A stretch of DNA of 64,000 bases from an uncultured Acidimicrobiales bacterium (GTDB lineage: Bacteria; Actinomycetota; Acidimicrobiia; Acidimicrobiales; SZUA-35), in the NCBI GenBank assembly GCA_937958015.1, contig CALGOA010000185.1, forward strand, positions 938 through 64,937. The letters run 5' to 3'. The notes beneath the pieces are model-generated. The model saw nothing but the letters and a program-made list of their open reading frames with translations. It was not told the origin of the DNA and ran no database searches. Positions 17,089 through 26,886 of this stretch are shown here, one piece after another (within the stretch, counting starts at the first letter, position 1; each line of letters begins with the position of its first letter). The translations under genes and the position numbers were made by a program.

Positions 17089-20088
17089 ATGGAGGAGACC
17101 CTAGTGGAGGGCCACCAAGCCAGAAAAGAAGCCGACTGTCGAGTCGTGATTGGCCCCGAGGAAACTGCGGCCGCCCGCGCAGCCTGGCCCGACATACCGA
17201 TCGTCGCGCTGGTGGAGGCTTCAGAACCCGACCAGGCCGTCTACGCGCGGTGTGCTGGTGCCGATGTCGTTCTCCCGACGACGGATCTGGCGACTGGTTG
17301 GCGCCACGACACCCCCGGACTGGCTGTCGCCGTGAGCGCGGCGACCTCGCTGGCCGAACGCCGCAACGGGATCCGAGACACATCGCGTCGTTCCGGTCAT
17401 GATCTCGGCCAAGCGCTGAGTGCCATCAATCTGGCCGCGGAACTGGCCATAGGCGACCGCCAGAAAAGCGAGAGGCTCCTGCAGCAGATCCAAGCGCAAG
17501 CCCAGGATGCCGGGGTTCACGCTTGGCGAGCCGGTCGAGCAGGACGCTCGTCGGGGTTGGCGTTGGGCCCCGTTGATCTCTCCGCAGTGCTCCATCGAGT
17601 GGCGACGTCGGAGCCGGACGTCTCGGTTTATGACTCATCCGGTTCAGCGTGGGTTCTCGGTGACGTTCGACGCGTCGAACACCTACTGGAGGAACTGATT
17701 CAGTACGGCCGGCAAGCGGCAACCAGCCAGCGCATCGAGGTGAAGATCAGCTCAACTGGTCGAATCGAAATAGTCATTCAGGGCACGGGCACCCACCAAC
17801 AGCCAGCGCCTGCACGGGACATCGAGTTCGGTCTCATGGCCGTTGGAGAGATCGTCAACGACCTCGGGGGGTCCATCCGGATAGTCGAGGGGAAACAAGA
17901 CGCCGGACCACACTGGATCCAACTGTCATTCCCGCTGCTGCCCTACCGCGGCCACCGGGCCGGCCTGATCGCAGTTCCGCCAGATCGAATGGCGATACAG
18001 GCTGACATTCTGGAAGGGGTGCTGCGCCACGCTCCACTTTCCGAGTCACTCGAGGCGATCGTCGAAGCCATCGAGTGGCAACTTCCCGGCACCAAATGTT
18101 CCATTCTCCTACTGCACAACGGACAGACCCTCCATCACGGTGCCGGGGCCAGCCTGCCGGAGGCCTACAGGAACGAAATCGACGGCGTAGCAATCGGATT
18201 CGGGCAGGGTTCGTGCGGCACCGCAGCCTTCCTCGGAGAGCCCGTGATCGCCGCCGACGTTGAACACAACCCGCACTGGGTGAACTTCATAGACCTGGCG
18301 CTGAGCCATGACCTGCGATCCTGCTGGTCCACACCGATCCTGGCCGCCGATGGCGGTGCGGTACTTGGAACCTTTGCGGTGTACCGCTCCGAAGCCTGGG
18401 AACCGGAGGAAGCCGCCACCCATCTGGTCTCTCGTTTCACTCACCTCGCCGCCGTTGCCATCGGTCATCACTGGTTATTCAATGCACTCGCCGAGAGCGA
18501 GTCTCGATTCAGAAACGCGTTCGAGGGCGCAACGGCAGGCATGGCATTGGTCGGTCTGGACGGGTCGATCCTCAAGGTCAATCCCGCCCTCTCCGCGATG
18601 TTCGACACGACCTCGACCGATCTGTGCCGAAGCAACATCCTTGATCTCGTAGAGCCAGCACACCGCGCCCGAATACTCCGCAGCTGGGAAGACGTGCTCG
18701 GCGACGGTAATCAGGAGGGCGAACCGGAATCGCTCGAGATTCCATTCCAGAACCGGTCGAGCGGGGATCCGCTGTGGGCGTCTATGCGAACCTCTTTGGT
18801 CAGCGCAGAGACCGGCGACCAGCCGCAGTACTTCTACGCCGAGATTCGCGACATCACCGCCAGCCGCCGCCACGCAATGGAACGCCAAGCGAGAGAAGCA
18901 GCCGAAGCTGCCAGTCAGGCCAAGACCGACTTCCTGGCGCTGGTGAGTCACGAACTGCGGACACCCCTCAATGCGATTCTGGGATTTGCCCAAGTGATGA
19001 AACTGGTCGATCTTGATCCCACGCAACGAGCCGACGCAATCGACAACATTCTGACAGCAGGCCAGCATCTCCTCGGCCTAATCGGTGAACTTCTCGATCT
19101 CTCTCTGATAGAGGCATGCCAGTTCAAGACCGTGATCGAGAACATCGACACCGTCGATGCGATCGACGAAGCCGTGCAAATCCTGCAGCCGCTCGCCGAC
19201 AGCCGGGAGATCAGGCTTCATCGCGGCCCCAATTCTTCGGCCGGTCTGAACACTCCGGCAACCCAGTCGCTCGAGGACTCGAACACCCAACATCTCGTCG
19301 TTGACGCCGACCGCCAGTGCCTCCGGCAGGTGTTGATCAACCTGGTCGGCAATGCGCTGAAGTTCACTCCTATGGGCGGTGAGGTCGGTATCACAACGAT
19401 GAAGACGACCAGCGACTCGGTGCGTATCTGTGTCGTGGATACCGGACCAGGAATTGCCCCGGCGGCAATCGATGACCTGTTTCAGCCCTTTCATCGACTC
19501 AGTCGAGGTTCGCATCACGCGGAAGGAACCGGGCTCGGGTTGTCGGTGGCGGCCCAACTCGTCGACGAAATGCAAGGCAGTATCGGGGTCGAAAGCAGTG
19601 AGGGTGACGGAAGCTGTTTCTGGGTGGAACTCCCTGAAGGAACGCGAACGAACAATCGAGCACTCGAGCAGTCCGAGGATCCATCGGAACACTCAACCGA
19701 TGCGTTCGGCCATCAGCCGACGAGCGGTTCGGTTCTATATGTCGAGGACGATCCCGCTGCGGTTCAAGTCATCGCAGCCACACTTGCCCTCCGACCCGAT
19801 ATCGACCTGACAACTGCGACGACTGCGGCTCAGGGAATCGCCGCGGCACGCGCCCACTCGTTCGATGCAATCTTGCTCGACATCGGCCTACCCGATGGGT
19901 CGGGTTGGGACGTTCTCCGCTCCCTCCGGGATGCGAGCGCAACCGCAGCGGTCCCGGTGGTGGTCCTCACCGCCGGCCCCGACCTGCCGCCATCGGGGAC
20001 GCCGGACCCCGATCGGATTCTCGCCAAACCCGTCGACATCGAGACCTGCCTGCAGGCGATCGATGAACTGCTGGCGCCGACGGGCTGA
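17089..20088 (+). CDS. hybrid sensor histidine kinase (GAF-PAS-HisKA-HATPase_c-REC) with an extra degenerate kinase-like N-terminal module
   Basis: H-box LVSHELRTPLNAILGF; N/G boxes LINLVGNALKFTP, VVDTGPGIAP, GTGLGLSV; C-terminal receiver VLYVEDDP...AILLDIGLPDGSG. GAF (CSILLL...GTFAVYR) and PAS (FRNAFEGATAGMALVGLDGSILKVNPA) domains lie upstream. The N-terminal ~300 aa carry a second H-box-like SGHDLGQALSAI. The track ORF starts at 16984, antisense into the RR gene. Confidence 0.85.
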   Translation: MEETLVEGHQARKEADCRVVIGPEETAAARAAWPDIPIVALVEASEPDQAVYARCAGADVVLPTTDLATGWRHDTPGLAVAVSAATSLAERRNGIRDTSRRSGHDLGQALSAINLAAELAIGDRQKSERLLQQIQAQAQDAGVHAWRAGRAGRSSGLALGPVDLSAVLHRVATSEPDVSVYDSSGSAWVLGDVRRVEHLLEELIQYGRQAATSQRIEVKISSTGRIEIVIQGTGTHQQPAPARDIEFGLMAVGEIVNDLGGSIRIVEGKQDAGPHWIQLSFPLLPYRGHRAGLIAVPPDRMAIQADILEGVLRHAPLSESLEAIVEAIEWQLPGTKCSILLLHNGQTLHHGAGASLPEAYRNEIDGVAIGFGQGSCGTAAFLGEPVIAADVEHNPHWVNFIDLALSHDLRSCWSTPILAADGGAVLGTFAVYRSEAWEPEEAATHLVSRFTHLAAVAIGHHWLFNALAESESRFRNAFEGATAGMALVGLDGSILKVNPALSAMFDTTSTDLCRSNILDLVEPAHRARILRSWEDVLGDGNQEGEPESLEIPFQNRSSGDPLWASMRTSLVSAETGDQPQYFYAEIRDITASRRHAMERQAREAAEAASQAKTDFLALVSHELRTPLNAILGFAQVMKLVDLDPTQRADAIDNILTAGQHLLGLIGELLDLSLIEACQFKTVIENIDTVDAIDEAVQILQPLADSREIRLHRGPNSSAGLNTPATQSLEDSNTQHLVVDADRQCLRQVLINLVGNALKFTPMGGEVGITTMKTTSDSVRICVVDTGPGIAPAAIDDLFQPFHRLSRGSHHAEGTGLGLSVAAQLVDEMQGSIGVESSEGDGSCFWVELPEGTRTNNRALEQSEDPSEHSTDAFGHQPTSGSVLYVEDDPAAVQVIAATLALRPDIDLTTATTAAQGIAAARAHSFDAILLDIGLPDGSGWDVLRSLRDASATAAVPVVVLTAGPDLPPSGTPDPDRILAKPVDIETCLQAIDELLAPTG

Positions 20089-20090
20089 GT

Positions 20091-20477
20091 TCAGCGGCGA
20101 GAGACAGCGACGAGATCCTCGATTCGACCGAGGAGTGATTCGACATCGAAGGGTTTGATGAACACATCGTCGAAACCAGACCGAAGCGCGCGCTGAACGG
20201 CCCGTTCAGAAGTAACGCCGCTGATGGCCACCAGGACGATTTTGGCCCATTCGGGATTCGCCTTCACCCTCCGCGCTAGGGCATATCCATCCTGATCGAC
20301 GTCCTCAGAATCGGCGAAGATCAGGTCGGATAACACGATGTCGGGATGCTCATGGGAGATCAGTGCCAACGCTTCCACGATCCCCGTGGCGCTGAGCACC
20401 GTGTGCCCGAACGCGGTAAGCGTGAGATCCATGAGCTCAATCGTCGGTTGGTGATCTTCGACAACCAGGACTCGCAT
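20091..20477 (-). CDS. single-domain response regulator (CheY-like receiver)
   Basis: 128-aa ORF with MRVLVVEDH, DIVLSDLIF and LVAISG. It is convergent with the kinase gene and only 2 nt from it. Confidence 0.85.
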   Translation of the reverse strand: MRVLVVEDHQPTIELMDLTLTAFGHTVLSATGIVEALALISHEHPDIVLSDLIFADSEDVDQDGYALARRVKANPEWAKIVLVAISGVTSERAVQRALRSGFDDVFIKPFDVESLLGRIEDLVAVSRR

Positions 20478-20646
20478 CTCGTCGTGCCTCCTGCCAACAC
20501 GAGACTAGGACTGCGGCCGAACCGTGTCACTTGGCCGACTGATGCGAATGCATCCCCTCGTTTGACGCGTGAGCCAGTGTCCACGGTTGAACACACCGAT
20601 CTACGGTCGCTCCAAACAGATCGAAAACCACACAAAGGGGAATCGA

Positions 20647-21423
20647 ATGGGAAGAGTAGATGGCAAGGTCGCCCTGATCACCGGAGGCGCCAGGGGTCTG
20701 GGCGAAGCGAACGGACGCCTGATGGCCGACGAAGGCGCAACGGTTGTGCTGAGCGACGTTCTCGATGACGACGGAAAAGCGACCGCCGACTCGATCGTCG
20801 CATCTGGAGGTTCCGCCGAGTACATCCACCAGGACGTGACCGACGAGGACACCTGGGATGAGGTCGTCAAGGGAATCGTCTCGCGACATGGCCGGCTGGA
20901 CATCGTCGTGAACAACGCTGGTGTCGCTCTCGACAAGACGGTCGAAGACACCACACTTGAGGAATTCCGGTGGGTGAATGCGATCAACAACGAGGCGGTC
21001 TTTCTGGGCACCCGCGCCGCCATCAGGGCGATGAAGAACCAGAACCCGAAGGGCGGATCGATAGTCAACATCTCCTCGATCGCTGGCCTTGTCGGCATCG
21101 AAAACCTCGCCGCATATAACGCGTCGAAGGGCGCGGTCCGACTCTTCAGCAAGTCGGCTGCGCTTCACTGCGCTAGTAACGGTTACAACATTCGAGTCAA
21201 CACCGTGCATCCGAGCTACACGTGGACCCCGATGGTTCAGGCCATCGGCGACAACACCGGGGACCGCGATGCCTTCTTCGAGGCACTCAGTGAGGCCCAC
21301 CCGCTCGGGCGCCCTGGTGTTCCGATGGACGTCGCCTACGGGGTTCTCTATCTCTCCTCGGACGAGTCCACATGGGTCACAGGATCCGAGTTGGTGATCG
21401 ACGGCGGCATTACTGCTGTTTGA
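20647..21423 (+). CDS. SDR family oxidoreductase
   Basis: ATG 20647 is preceded by AAGGGGA. Motifs: GKVALITGGARGLGEA, NNAG, YNASKGAV. Confidence 0.9.
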   Translation: MGRVDGKVALITGGARGLGEANGRLMADEGATVVLSDVLDDDGKATADSIVASGGSAEYIHQDVTDEDTWDEVVKGIVSRHGRLDIVVNNAGVALDKTVEDTTLEEFRWVNAINNEAVFLGTRAAIRAMKNQNPKGGSIVNISSIAGLVGIENLAAYNASKGAVRLFSKSAALHCASNGYNIRVNTVHPSYTWTPMVQAIGDNTGDRDAFFEALSEAHPLGRPGVPMDVAYGVLYLSSDESTWVTGSELVIDGGITAV

Positions 21424-21468
21424 TCCAGGCGTCGGAGATCGGCCCAATTCGATGATGCCCGGAACGTC

Positions 21469-23010
21469 GTGAATCCCGCAATCTGGGTGGAGCGACAGGG
21501 TTTGCTCCGACCCGACCAACCAGCGCTGGCCGACGGCGAACGGGTCCACGCTGACTGGGCCACGTTCGCCGACAGGGCAGCTCGGGCCGCGACCGGCTTG
21601 ACCGCCAACATGGGAGTGTTGCCGGGTGAGCGCGTCGCCATTGTGATGAACAATCGCCCCGAGTATCTCGAGGCGTTGTACGCCATCTGGCACGCCGGTC
21701 TGGTGGCGGTGCCGGTCAACGCCCGCCTGCACCGGGACGAGATCGGATACATCCTCGACCACAGCGGCACGAGGGTCGTCGTGACCGATGAGGCCCATGC
21801 GGCCGACGTCGAGTCGTTGATCGGCACGGCAGGCCGACTCGAGTCGGTCATAGTGACGCCGGGCCAAGGGTGGGACCGGCTCACGGCGGCATCGCAGCGC
21901 CGGGTCTTCGGGTGCGGTCCCGAAGACCCGGCCTGGCTGTTCTACACCAGCGGCACTACCGGACAACCAAAGGGGGCGACGCTGACGCATCGCAATCTGA
22001 TGATGATGACGCTCAGCTACTTCGCCGACATCGATCAGGTGATGCCGCAGGATTCGATTCTTCACGCCGCACCGCTTTCACACGGTTCGGGCATGTACGG
22101 GTTACCCCACGTCGCACGAGGCGCAGTCAGTGTCCTGCCGGCATCGGGCGGTGTTGAAGGAGAGGAGATCGCCGGCCTTCTGAATCGCTGGCCCGGGATG
22201 TCTTTCTTCACGGCACCGGTGATGGTCAACCGCCTAGCAACCGACCCCTCGATGGCCCAGATCGATCGCTCGCATCTGAAGACGATCATCTACGGGGGAG
22301 CTCCGATGTATCTGGCAGATCTCAGAATCGCGTTGGATACGTTCGGTCCCCGGCTCGCACAAATCTATGGACAGGGCGAATCACCGATGACGATTACCAC
22401 CCTTTCGAAGGCGGATCACGCCGCGAGGGATGGCAGCCGGTGGCTGGAGCGAGTCCAGAGCGTCGGCACCGCTTTTACCGATGTGGAGGTGCAGGTCGTG
22501 GATGACGACGATCGTCCGCTACCGGCAGAGGAGGTCGGGGAGATCGTCGTACGCGGTGATGTCGTCATGGCTGGCTACTGGAACCAGCCTGATGCCAATG
22601 CGGAGACTCTGCGGAACGGCTGGTTGCATACCGGCGACGTCGGAAGTTTTGACTCGGACGGGTTTCTCACGCTTCGGGACCGTTCCAAGGACCTCATCAT
22701 CAGCGGCGGGATGAACATCTACCCGCGCGAAGTTGAGGAGACTCTGCTCCGCCATGCGGCTGTTGCGGCAGCGTCAGTCGTCGGTCGTCCGGACCCCGAG
22801 TGGGGCGAGGCCGTGGTTGCCTTCGTGGTTCCGATGGACGGTTCCGCGACACCCCCGATCGAAGAACTCGACCAACTTTGCCTCGACCACATCGCCCGGT
22901 ACAAACGCCCCAAGGAGTACCGATTCCTGAGCTCGCTGCCGACGAACAACTATGGCAAGGTCCTGAAGCGTGAACTTCGAGCCCAACTTCACCCGCCTGC
23001 GGGCCCATGA
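21469..23010 (+). CDS. AMP-dependent acyl-CoA synthetase/ligase (FadD-like)
   Basis: 513-aa ORF with the AMP-binding motif FYTSGTTGQPKGATLTH, plus GWLHTGDVG and GGMNIYPREVE. Confidence 0.9.
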   Translation: MNPAIWVERQGLLRPDQPALADGERVHADWATFADRAARAATGLTANMGVLPGERVAIVMNNRPEYLEALYAIWHAGLVAVPVNARLHRDEIGYILDHSGTRVVVTDEAHAADVESLIGTAGRLESVIVTPGQGWDRLTAASQRRVFGCGPEDPAWLFYTSGTTGQPKGATLTHRNLMMMTLSYFADIDQVMPQDSILHAAPLSHGSGMYGLPHVARGAVSVLPASGGVEGEEIAGLLNRWPGMSFFTAPVMVNRLATDPSMAQIDRSHLKTIIYGGAPMYLADLRIALDTFGPRLAQIYGQGESPMTITTLSKADHAARDGSRWLERVQSVGTAFTDVEVQVVDDDDRPLPAEEVGEIVVRGDVVMAGYWNQPDANAETLRNGWLHTGDVGSFDSDGFLTLRDRSKDLIISGGMNIYPREVEETLLRHAAVAAASVVGRPDPEWGEAVVAFVVPMDGSATPPIEELDQLCLDHIARYKRPKEYRFLSSLPTNNYGKVLKRELRAQLHPPAGP

Positions 23011-23419
23011 CCACGGGGTCCTCTCGACCCTCCATCCCAAACGCGGCATCGATTCGGTTCCGGTCGTGTACGCGATCGACGATGATGGATTCGTCGGAGT
23101 CCCCATCGATCGAGTGAAACCGAAGACGTCGACGCTCCTTCAGCGGGAGCGAAACCTGGAACTCGATCCACGGGCCACTCTGCTGGTCGAAGAGTGGGAC
23201 CGACTCGACTGGTCCAAACTCTGGTGGATCCGAGCCCATCTCCTTTACGAACCCGACGAAGGCGCCCGTGAACACGGCCTAGCCGACCTGCTTGCTAGCC
23301 GCTTCCCGCAGTATCACAACAAGCCGTTCGAACGGGTGCTGGTGATGACCATTCACACGATGCAGGGTTGGGCCGCTTCACCGACGGACGACAACGCCGG
23401 CGGAGGGCGACCTTCTTGA
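22970..23419 (+). CDS. pyridoxamine 5'-phosphate oxidase-like split-barrel (PPOX / probable F420-dependent) family protein
   Basis: 149-aa ORF with HGVLSTLHPKRGIDSVPVVYAID...ATLLVEEWDRLDWSKLWWIRA. It overlaps the ligase 3' end by 41 nt. Confidence 0.55.
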   Translation: MNFEPNFTRLRAHDHGVLSTLHPKRGIDSVPVVYAIDDDGFVGVPIDRVKPKTSTLLQRERNLELDPRATLLVEEWDRLDWSKLWWIRAHLLYEPDEGAREHGLADLLASRFPQYHNKPFERVLVMTIHTMQGWAASPTDDNAGGGRPS

Positions 23420-23532
23420 ACGGTGAGAGTCCGCTTCGCCTCGGAACCCTTCTTCATGATGGCAACTACATCGATGGACTTCTACCCCGTGGAAACACCG
23501 TGAGATGTAGTCTCCATCAGGAATTTGGTGAG

Positions 23533-23606
23533 CGCCCACGCGAGGACTTGAACCCCGAACCTACCGGGTAGAAACCGGTTGCTCTATCCAATTGAGCTAC
23601 GTGGGC
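23533..23606 (-). tRNA. tRNA-Arg (anticodon UCU)
   Basis: The reverse complement folds as a cloverleaf: acceptor GCCCACG/CGTGGGC, D arm GCTC..GAGC, anticodon stem ACCGG/CCGGT with loop TTTCTAC, T arm CGGGG-TTCAAGT-CCTCG. CCA is not encoded. Confidence 0.9.
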
Positions 23607-23621
23607 AGGACGGAAAATAGG

Positions 23622-24332
23622 TTAGCCGCAGGCCTTGATGAACCAGTCCCAAATAGGTTCCTGGATGCGCATCATCTCCGGGTGCCACTGGATCCCAATG
23701 ATCCTGCCGTTCTCGTGTTCGACGGCTTCGACGACGCCATCCTTCGCTCTGGCGACGACGTTGAGCCCGGAACCGACCGCTTCCACCGCTTGGTGGTGGT
23801 AGCTGTTCACCATGGCGGACGACCCGTACAGGTCGGCGAGGACTGACCCGGCCTCGAAGGTCACCTCGTGACGTCCGACGTGGCGAGGGTACGCCATGCT
23901 GCTGTGGGCCTCACCCGAATCGCTGGGCAGGTCGGCCACGAGCGTGCCCCCGCAGCCCACGTTCAGGATCTGGATGCCGCGGCAGATTCCCAGAATCGGA
24001 ATGCCTCGTTCGGCGGCTGCGGCCACAACCGCCAATTCAAACGCATCACGCTCAGGTTCGATCGCCCACAGGTTCGGTCCGGGGGTGGCGCCGTAACGGG
24101 CCGGGTCAACGTCGGTCCCGCCGGTCAATAGCAGTCCGTCGAGGCGGGCGACGACAGCCTCGGGATCTACCGATCCGGGAAGTTGCACCGGGAGACCGCC
24201 GGAGGCAGCAACCTTCTCGGAGTACTCAGCCCAGTGAAGATCGATCGGTGCGCTCGCCAGGATCGACGGCGAATTCTGGAAGGTGTGGCCAGGTGTCTGA
24301 CGGCCGGTAACTCCGATGAGGGGCTGCATCAT
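23622..24332 (-). CDS. class I glutamine amidotransferase, gamma-glutamyl-GABA hydrolase (peptidase C26) family
   Basis: 236-aa ORF with LLLTGGTDVDPARYG, ILGICRGIQILNV (nucleophile Cys) and SYHHQAV. Confidence 0.8.
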   Translation of the reverse strand: MMQPLIGVTGRQTPGHTFQNSPSILASAPIDLHWAEYSEKVAASGGLPVQLPGSVDPEAVVARLDGLLLTGGTDVDPARYGATPGPNLWAIEPERDAFELAVVAAAAERGIPILGICRGIQILNVGCGGTLVADLPSDSGEAHSSMAYPRHVGRHEVTFEAGSVLADLYGSSAMVNSYHHQAVEAVGSGLNVVARAKDGVVEAVEHENGRIIGIQWHPEMMRIQEPIWDWFIKACG

Positions 24333-24359
24333 CCCAGCCTACCGAAGGAGGGTCGGGCG

Positions 24360-25055
24360 CTACAGGCCAGCGGGGCGAATGACTGGCGAGATACGTTCGC
24401 GACCGGTAGCCACATTCAGAATCGAGATCGCGGGTGCCATCTCATCACGAAGCTGCTTGGAGACCTTGCGGGTGCTGAGCACACTCCCGATCATCGAAAA
24501 GCTTGCGTACTGGAGCCAGTACTCCTTGGGCGCACGGTCGTAGTGCTGCTGGGTATAGATCTCTTTCGGAATGATCAGGTGCTGGGTGTACTTGATCTTC
24601 CCCACCTTGGCGTAGCCCGATTCGTTCTTTCGGAGATCGCGAATCTTACGATCGACTACCCGGTTGAAACTGTCGACCCAATCGACGGTGCTGGGTGAGT
24701 CATCAGACCAGTCCGCAGCCATGATGCAGGCGCTGGCGGAACGGAACAGACCGAGCATGCGGTTATTGCGAACTTCGAACGTGATCTCGTCATCGAGGAT
24801 CAGGAACTCGAACGTGGAAAGCAAACACTCCGAGATCGGTTCGTTGCGGGACTGGGCGTCGGCGAACTGACTGACCTGCTCGCGTTGGGTCTTCAGACCG
24901 TCGATCTGAGCCTGGAAGTCGGCGGTTCGAACCTCGTGGTCGGCGAGTTCGCTCGATTCGAGATCGATCGACTCGAGCAACGCGCCCAACGAGGCCAGCA
25001 CAGCATCTTTGTCCGTCGGCGCCGGTGTGGCGGCGATGATGTCGGCAGCTTCCAT
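24360..25055 (-). CDS. hypothetical protein
   Basis: 231-aa ORF with an acidic, coiled-coil-like N-terminus. It looks less GC-rich than its neighbours. No family was recognised. Confidence 0.5.
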   Translation of the reverse strand: MEAADIIAATPAPTDKDAVLASLGALLESIDLESSELADHEVRTADFQAQIDGLKTQREQVSQFADAQSRNEPISECLLSTFEFLILDDEITFEVRNNRMLGLFRSASACIMAADWSDDSPSTVDWVDSFNRVVDRKIRDLRKNESGYAKVGKIKYTQHLIIPKEIYTQQHYDRAPKEYWLQYASFSMIGSVLSTRKVSKQLRDEMAPAISILNVATGRERISPVIRPAGL

Positions 25056-25131
25056 TTCATGAACATCGACGGCAATTCGGGGGGTCTTGAGATATCGGTT
25101 TATCGGACGCCGACACTCGTAGCCTTGGGGG

Positions 25132-25731
25132 GTGCGACCGCTCGACCTGCAGTTCTCTCAAAGCGCCACCGACCACCGCACGCTGCCCGAACTCGAGTCC
25201 GAGATCGCCATCGTTGGCCGCTCGAATGTCGGCAAGAGCACACTGATCAATTCGATCGCGAACCGCAAACGATTGGCCCACACGTCCAAGACGCCGGGTC
25301 GGACCCAGTTGTTGAACCTCTTCGTTCTCAACGAGAACCCGATCACCCGTGGGGTGATGGACCTCCCGGGTTACGGATATGCGGCGGGTGCATCGAAAAA
25401 GGCGCAGGCATCGTGGCAGCGAATGATCGAGGACTACCTGTTGGAACGGGAGTCTCTGACCATGGTGATGGTCCTGGTCGACGGGCTGGTCGGTCCCACG
25501 GCGCTGGACAAGGGGATGTTGGCGTGGTTGCGCAGCAACGGCCTGCCCCACAGTGTCGTTGCCACTAAACACGACAAAGTGAAGTCGAGTAAACGACAGA
25601 AACGAAAGAAGGAACTGGCCGAGGGATGCGACCTCGAGCCCGGCGACGTCCTGTGGGTCAGCGCCTCCAGCGGGCTCAATATCGACCGTCTTCGCAGCTC
25701 CACCCTTACATGGCTCTCACTCAGTGAATAA
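25132..25731 (+). CDS. engB: ribosome biogenesis GTPase YsxC/EngB
   Basis: GTG start. G1 motif IAIVGRSNVGKSTLIN, G3 motif DLPGYGYA, G4 motif ATKHDK. Confidence 0.9.
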   Translation: MRPLDLQFSQSATDHRTLPELESEIAIVGRSNVGKSTLINSIANRKRLAHTSKTPGRTQLLNLFVLNENPITRGVMDLPGYGYAAGASKKAQASWQRMIEDYLLERESLTMVMVLVDGLVGPTALDKGMLAWLRSNGLPHSVVATKHDKVKSSKRQKRKKELAEGCDLEPGDVLWVSASSGLNIDRLRSSTLTWLSLSE

Positions 25732-25830
25732 GCGGGTCTAAGCCTCAACGTGCTTGTCTTAGCAGCGACACCCTAGGCCCCATTCACCAGGACGCTCAAG
25801 GAATTTTTACCCAGCGCCGAAGACTTCTGC

Positions 25831-26886
25831 GTGTTCGCCCCCTCATCGCACTTTTTTCGTCGTGTCTTAGCAGTTTTGGTCGGATTTCTTCTCGTTCTAT
25901 TTCACGCCCCGACGCCGGTCGGCGCCGAGGTCGAGGCCGTCACGCCCGAAACGGCATCGCCGATGTCCGACGTCGAACGAGCCTTGGCCAGCCAGATCGC
26001 ATCTGACACCAACGCCGTTCGGGCCGACGCCGGCCTGAATCCCCTGCTGGAGTTCGAATCACTCGCCCCCTACGCCGGTTCGAATGGTCAGAACATGGTG
26101 CAGGACGCCGCCCTCGGGCACTCCGACATCGTCACCCTCATCGACGACTTCCCCCAGAACATGTGGGCGGCGGAGAACGCCCTCGTCATGTTCGACCCCG
26201 CCTCGGATGCCGCCGGGTTGTGGCTGGGCTCGGCCCCCCATGCAGCAAACATGATGGCGGGCCGAGCCACCCACATCTGGGTCGACGTTCGTTGCGCCGA
26301 CGACGGCAGGATGTGGGTCACCTCCCAATACATCGAACGAACGGTGGAGACGCCCGAGGACACCCTGCCGGGTTCTGATAGTGCCGTGTCCGATGCCGCC
26401 ACCTCGGATCTCCGTTGTCCCCGGACCGTAGGCCCGTTCGACTCGGCCGACCGTTTCGTCCAACAGCAGTACAGCGACTTCCTGGGCCGCGCTGCCGATC
26501 CCGAGGGTCTGGCGTACTGGGCCGGCATGCTGAACACCGAGGAGCTCGAACCCGCCGAGGTGATTCTGCACTTCCTGAACTCCGGTGAATTTGCAGGCCG
26601 CATCCGCCCACAGGCCGAGCGTGCACTGCTCGACTCAGAAACGTTGCCGACCGCGGAGCAGGTTCGGGAGTGGCGCCGCACGACCCAGAGTCAGCCTCGA
26701 GTTGCCGATGCCGCGGCCATTCGAAGCGAAGTCGATGTGTTGATGATCTACGTCGGCATGTTGAACCGTGCTCCAGACGCCGAAGGCTTCGCCTACTGGA
26801 CCGAACTGGCCCAGTCCGGGACCGACCTCGGCCTCCTGGTGGAGGGGTTCCTCGCGTCGGACGAGTACCGGAATCGCGTTCGTTAA
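25831..26886 (+). CDS. secreted CAP (SCP/PR-1-like) domain protein with two C-terminal DUF4214 repeats
   Basis: Signal peptide (VLAVLVGFLLVLFHAPTPVGA), CAP-like core (NAVRADAGLNPL...WLGSAPHAANMM), then QQQYSDFLGRAADPEGLAYWAGML and MLNRAPDAEGFAYWTEL. Confidence 0.75.
   Translation: MFAPSSHFFRRVLAVLVGFLLVLFHAPTPVGAEVEAVTPETASPMSDVERALASQIASDTNAVRADAGLNPLLEFESLAPYAGSNGQNMVQDAALGHSDIVTLIDDFPQNMWAAENALVMFDPASDAAGLWLGSAPHAANMMAGRATHIWVDVRCADDGRMWVTSQYIERTVETPEDTLPGSDSAVSDAATSDLRCPRTVGPFDSADRFVQQQYSDFLGRAADPEGLAYWAGMLNTEELEPAEVILHFLNSGEFAGRIRPQAERALLDSETLPTAEQVREWRRTTQSQPRVADAAAIRSEVDVLMIYVGMLNRAPDAEGFAYWTELAQSGTDLGLLVEGFLASDEYRNRVR

Noticed and set aside
20527-22065. 512-aa minus-strand ORF spanning the SDR and acyl-CoA synthetase genes
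   Set aside because: It runs antisense across two well-supported plus-strand genes and their intergenic gap. Its composition is Arg/Gly/Pro-rich and no motifs are present.
23368-23571. 67-aa plus-strand ORF
   Set aside because: It overlaps the tRNA-Arg gene and the 3' end of the PPOX-like gene, and it has no coding signature.
23420-25131. Integrated mobile element next to tRNA-Arg
   Set aside because: There is no integrase, no recombinase, and no direct repeat of the tRNA 3' end. Only one gene looks compositionally different, and it is reported separately as a low-confidence observation.
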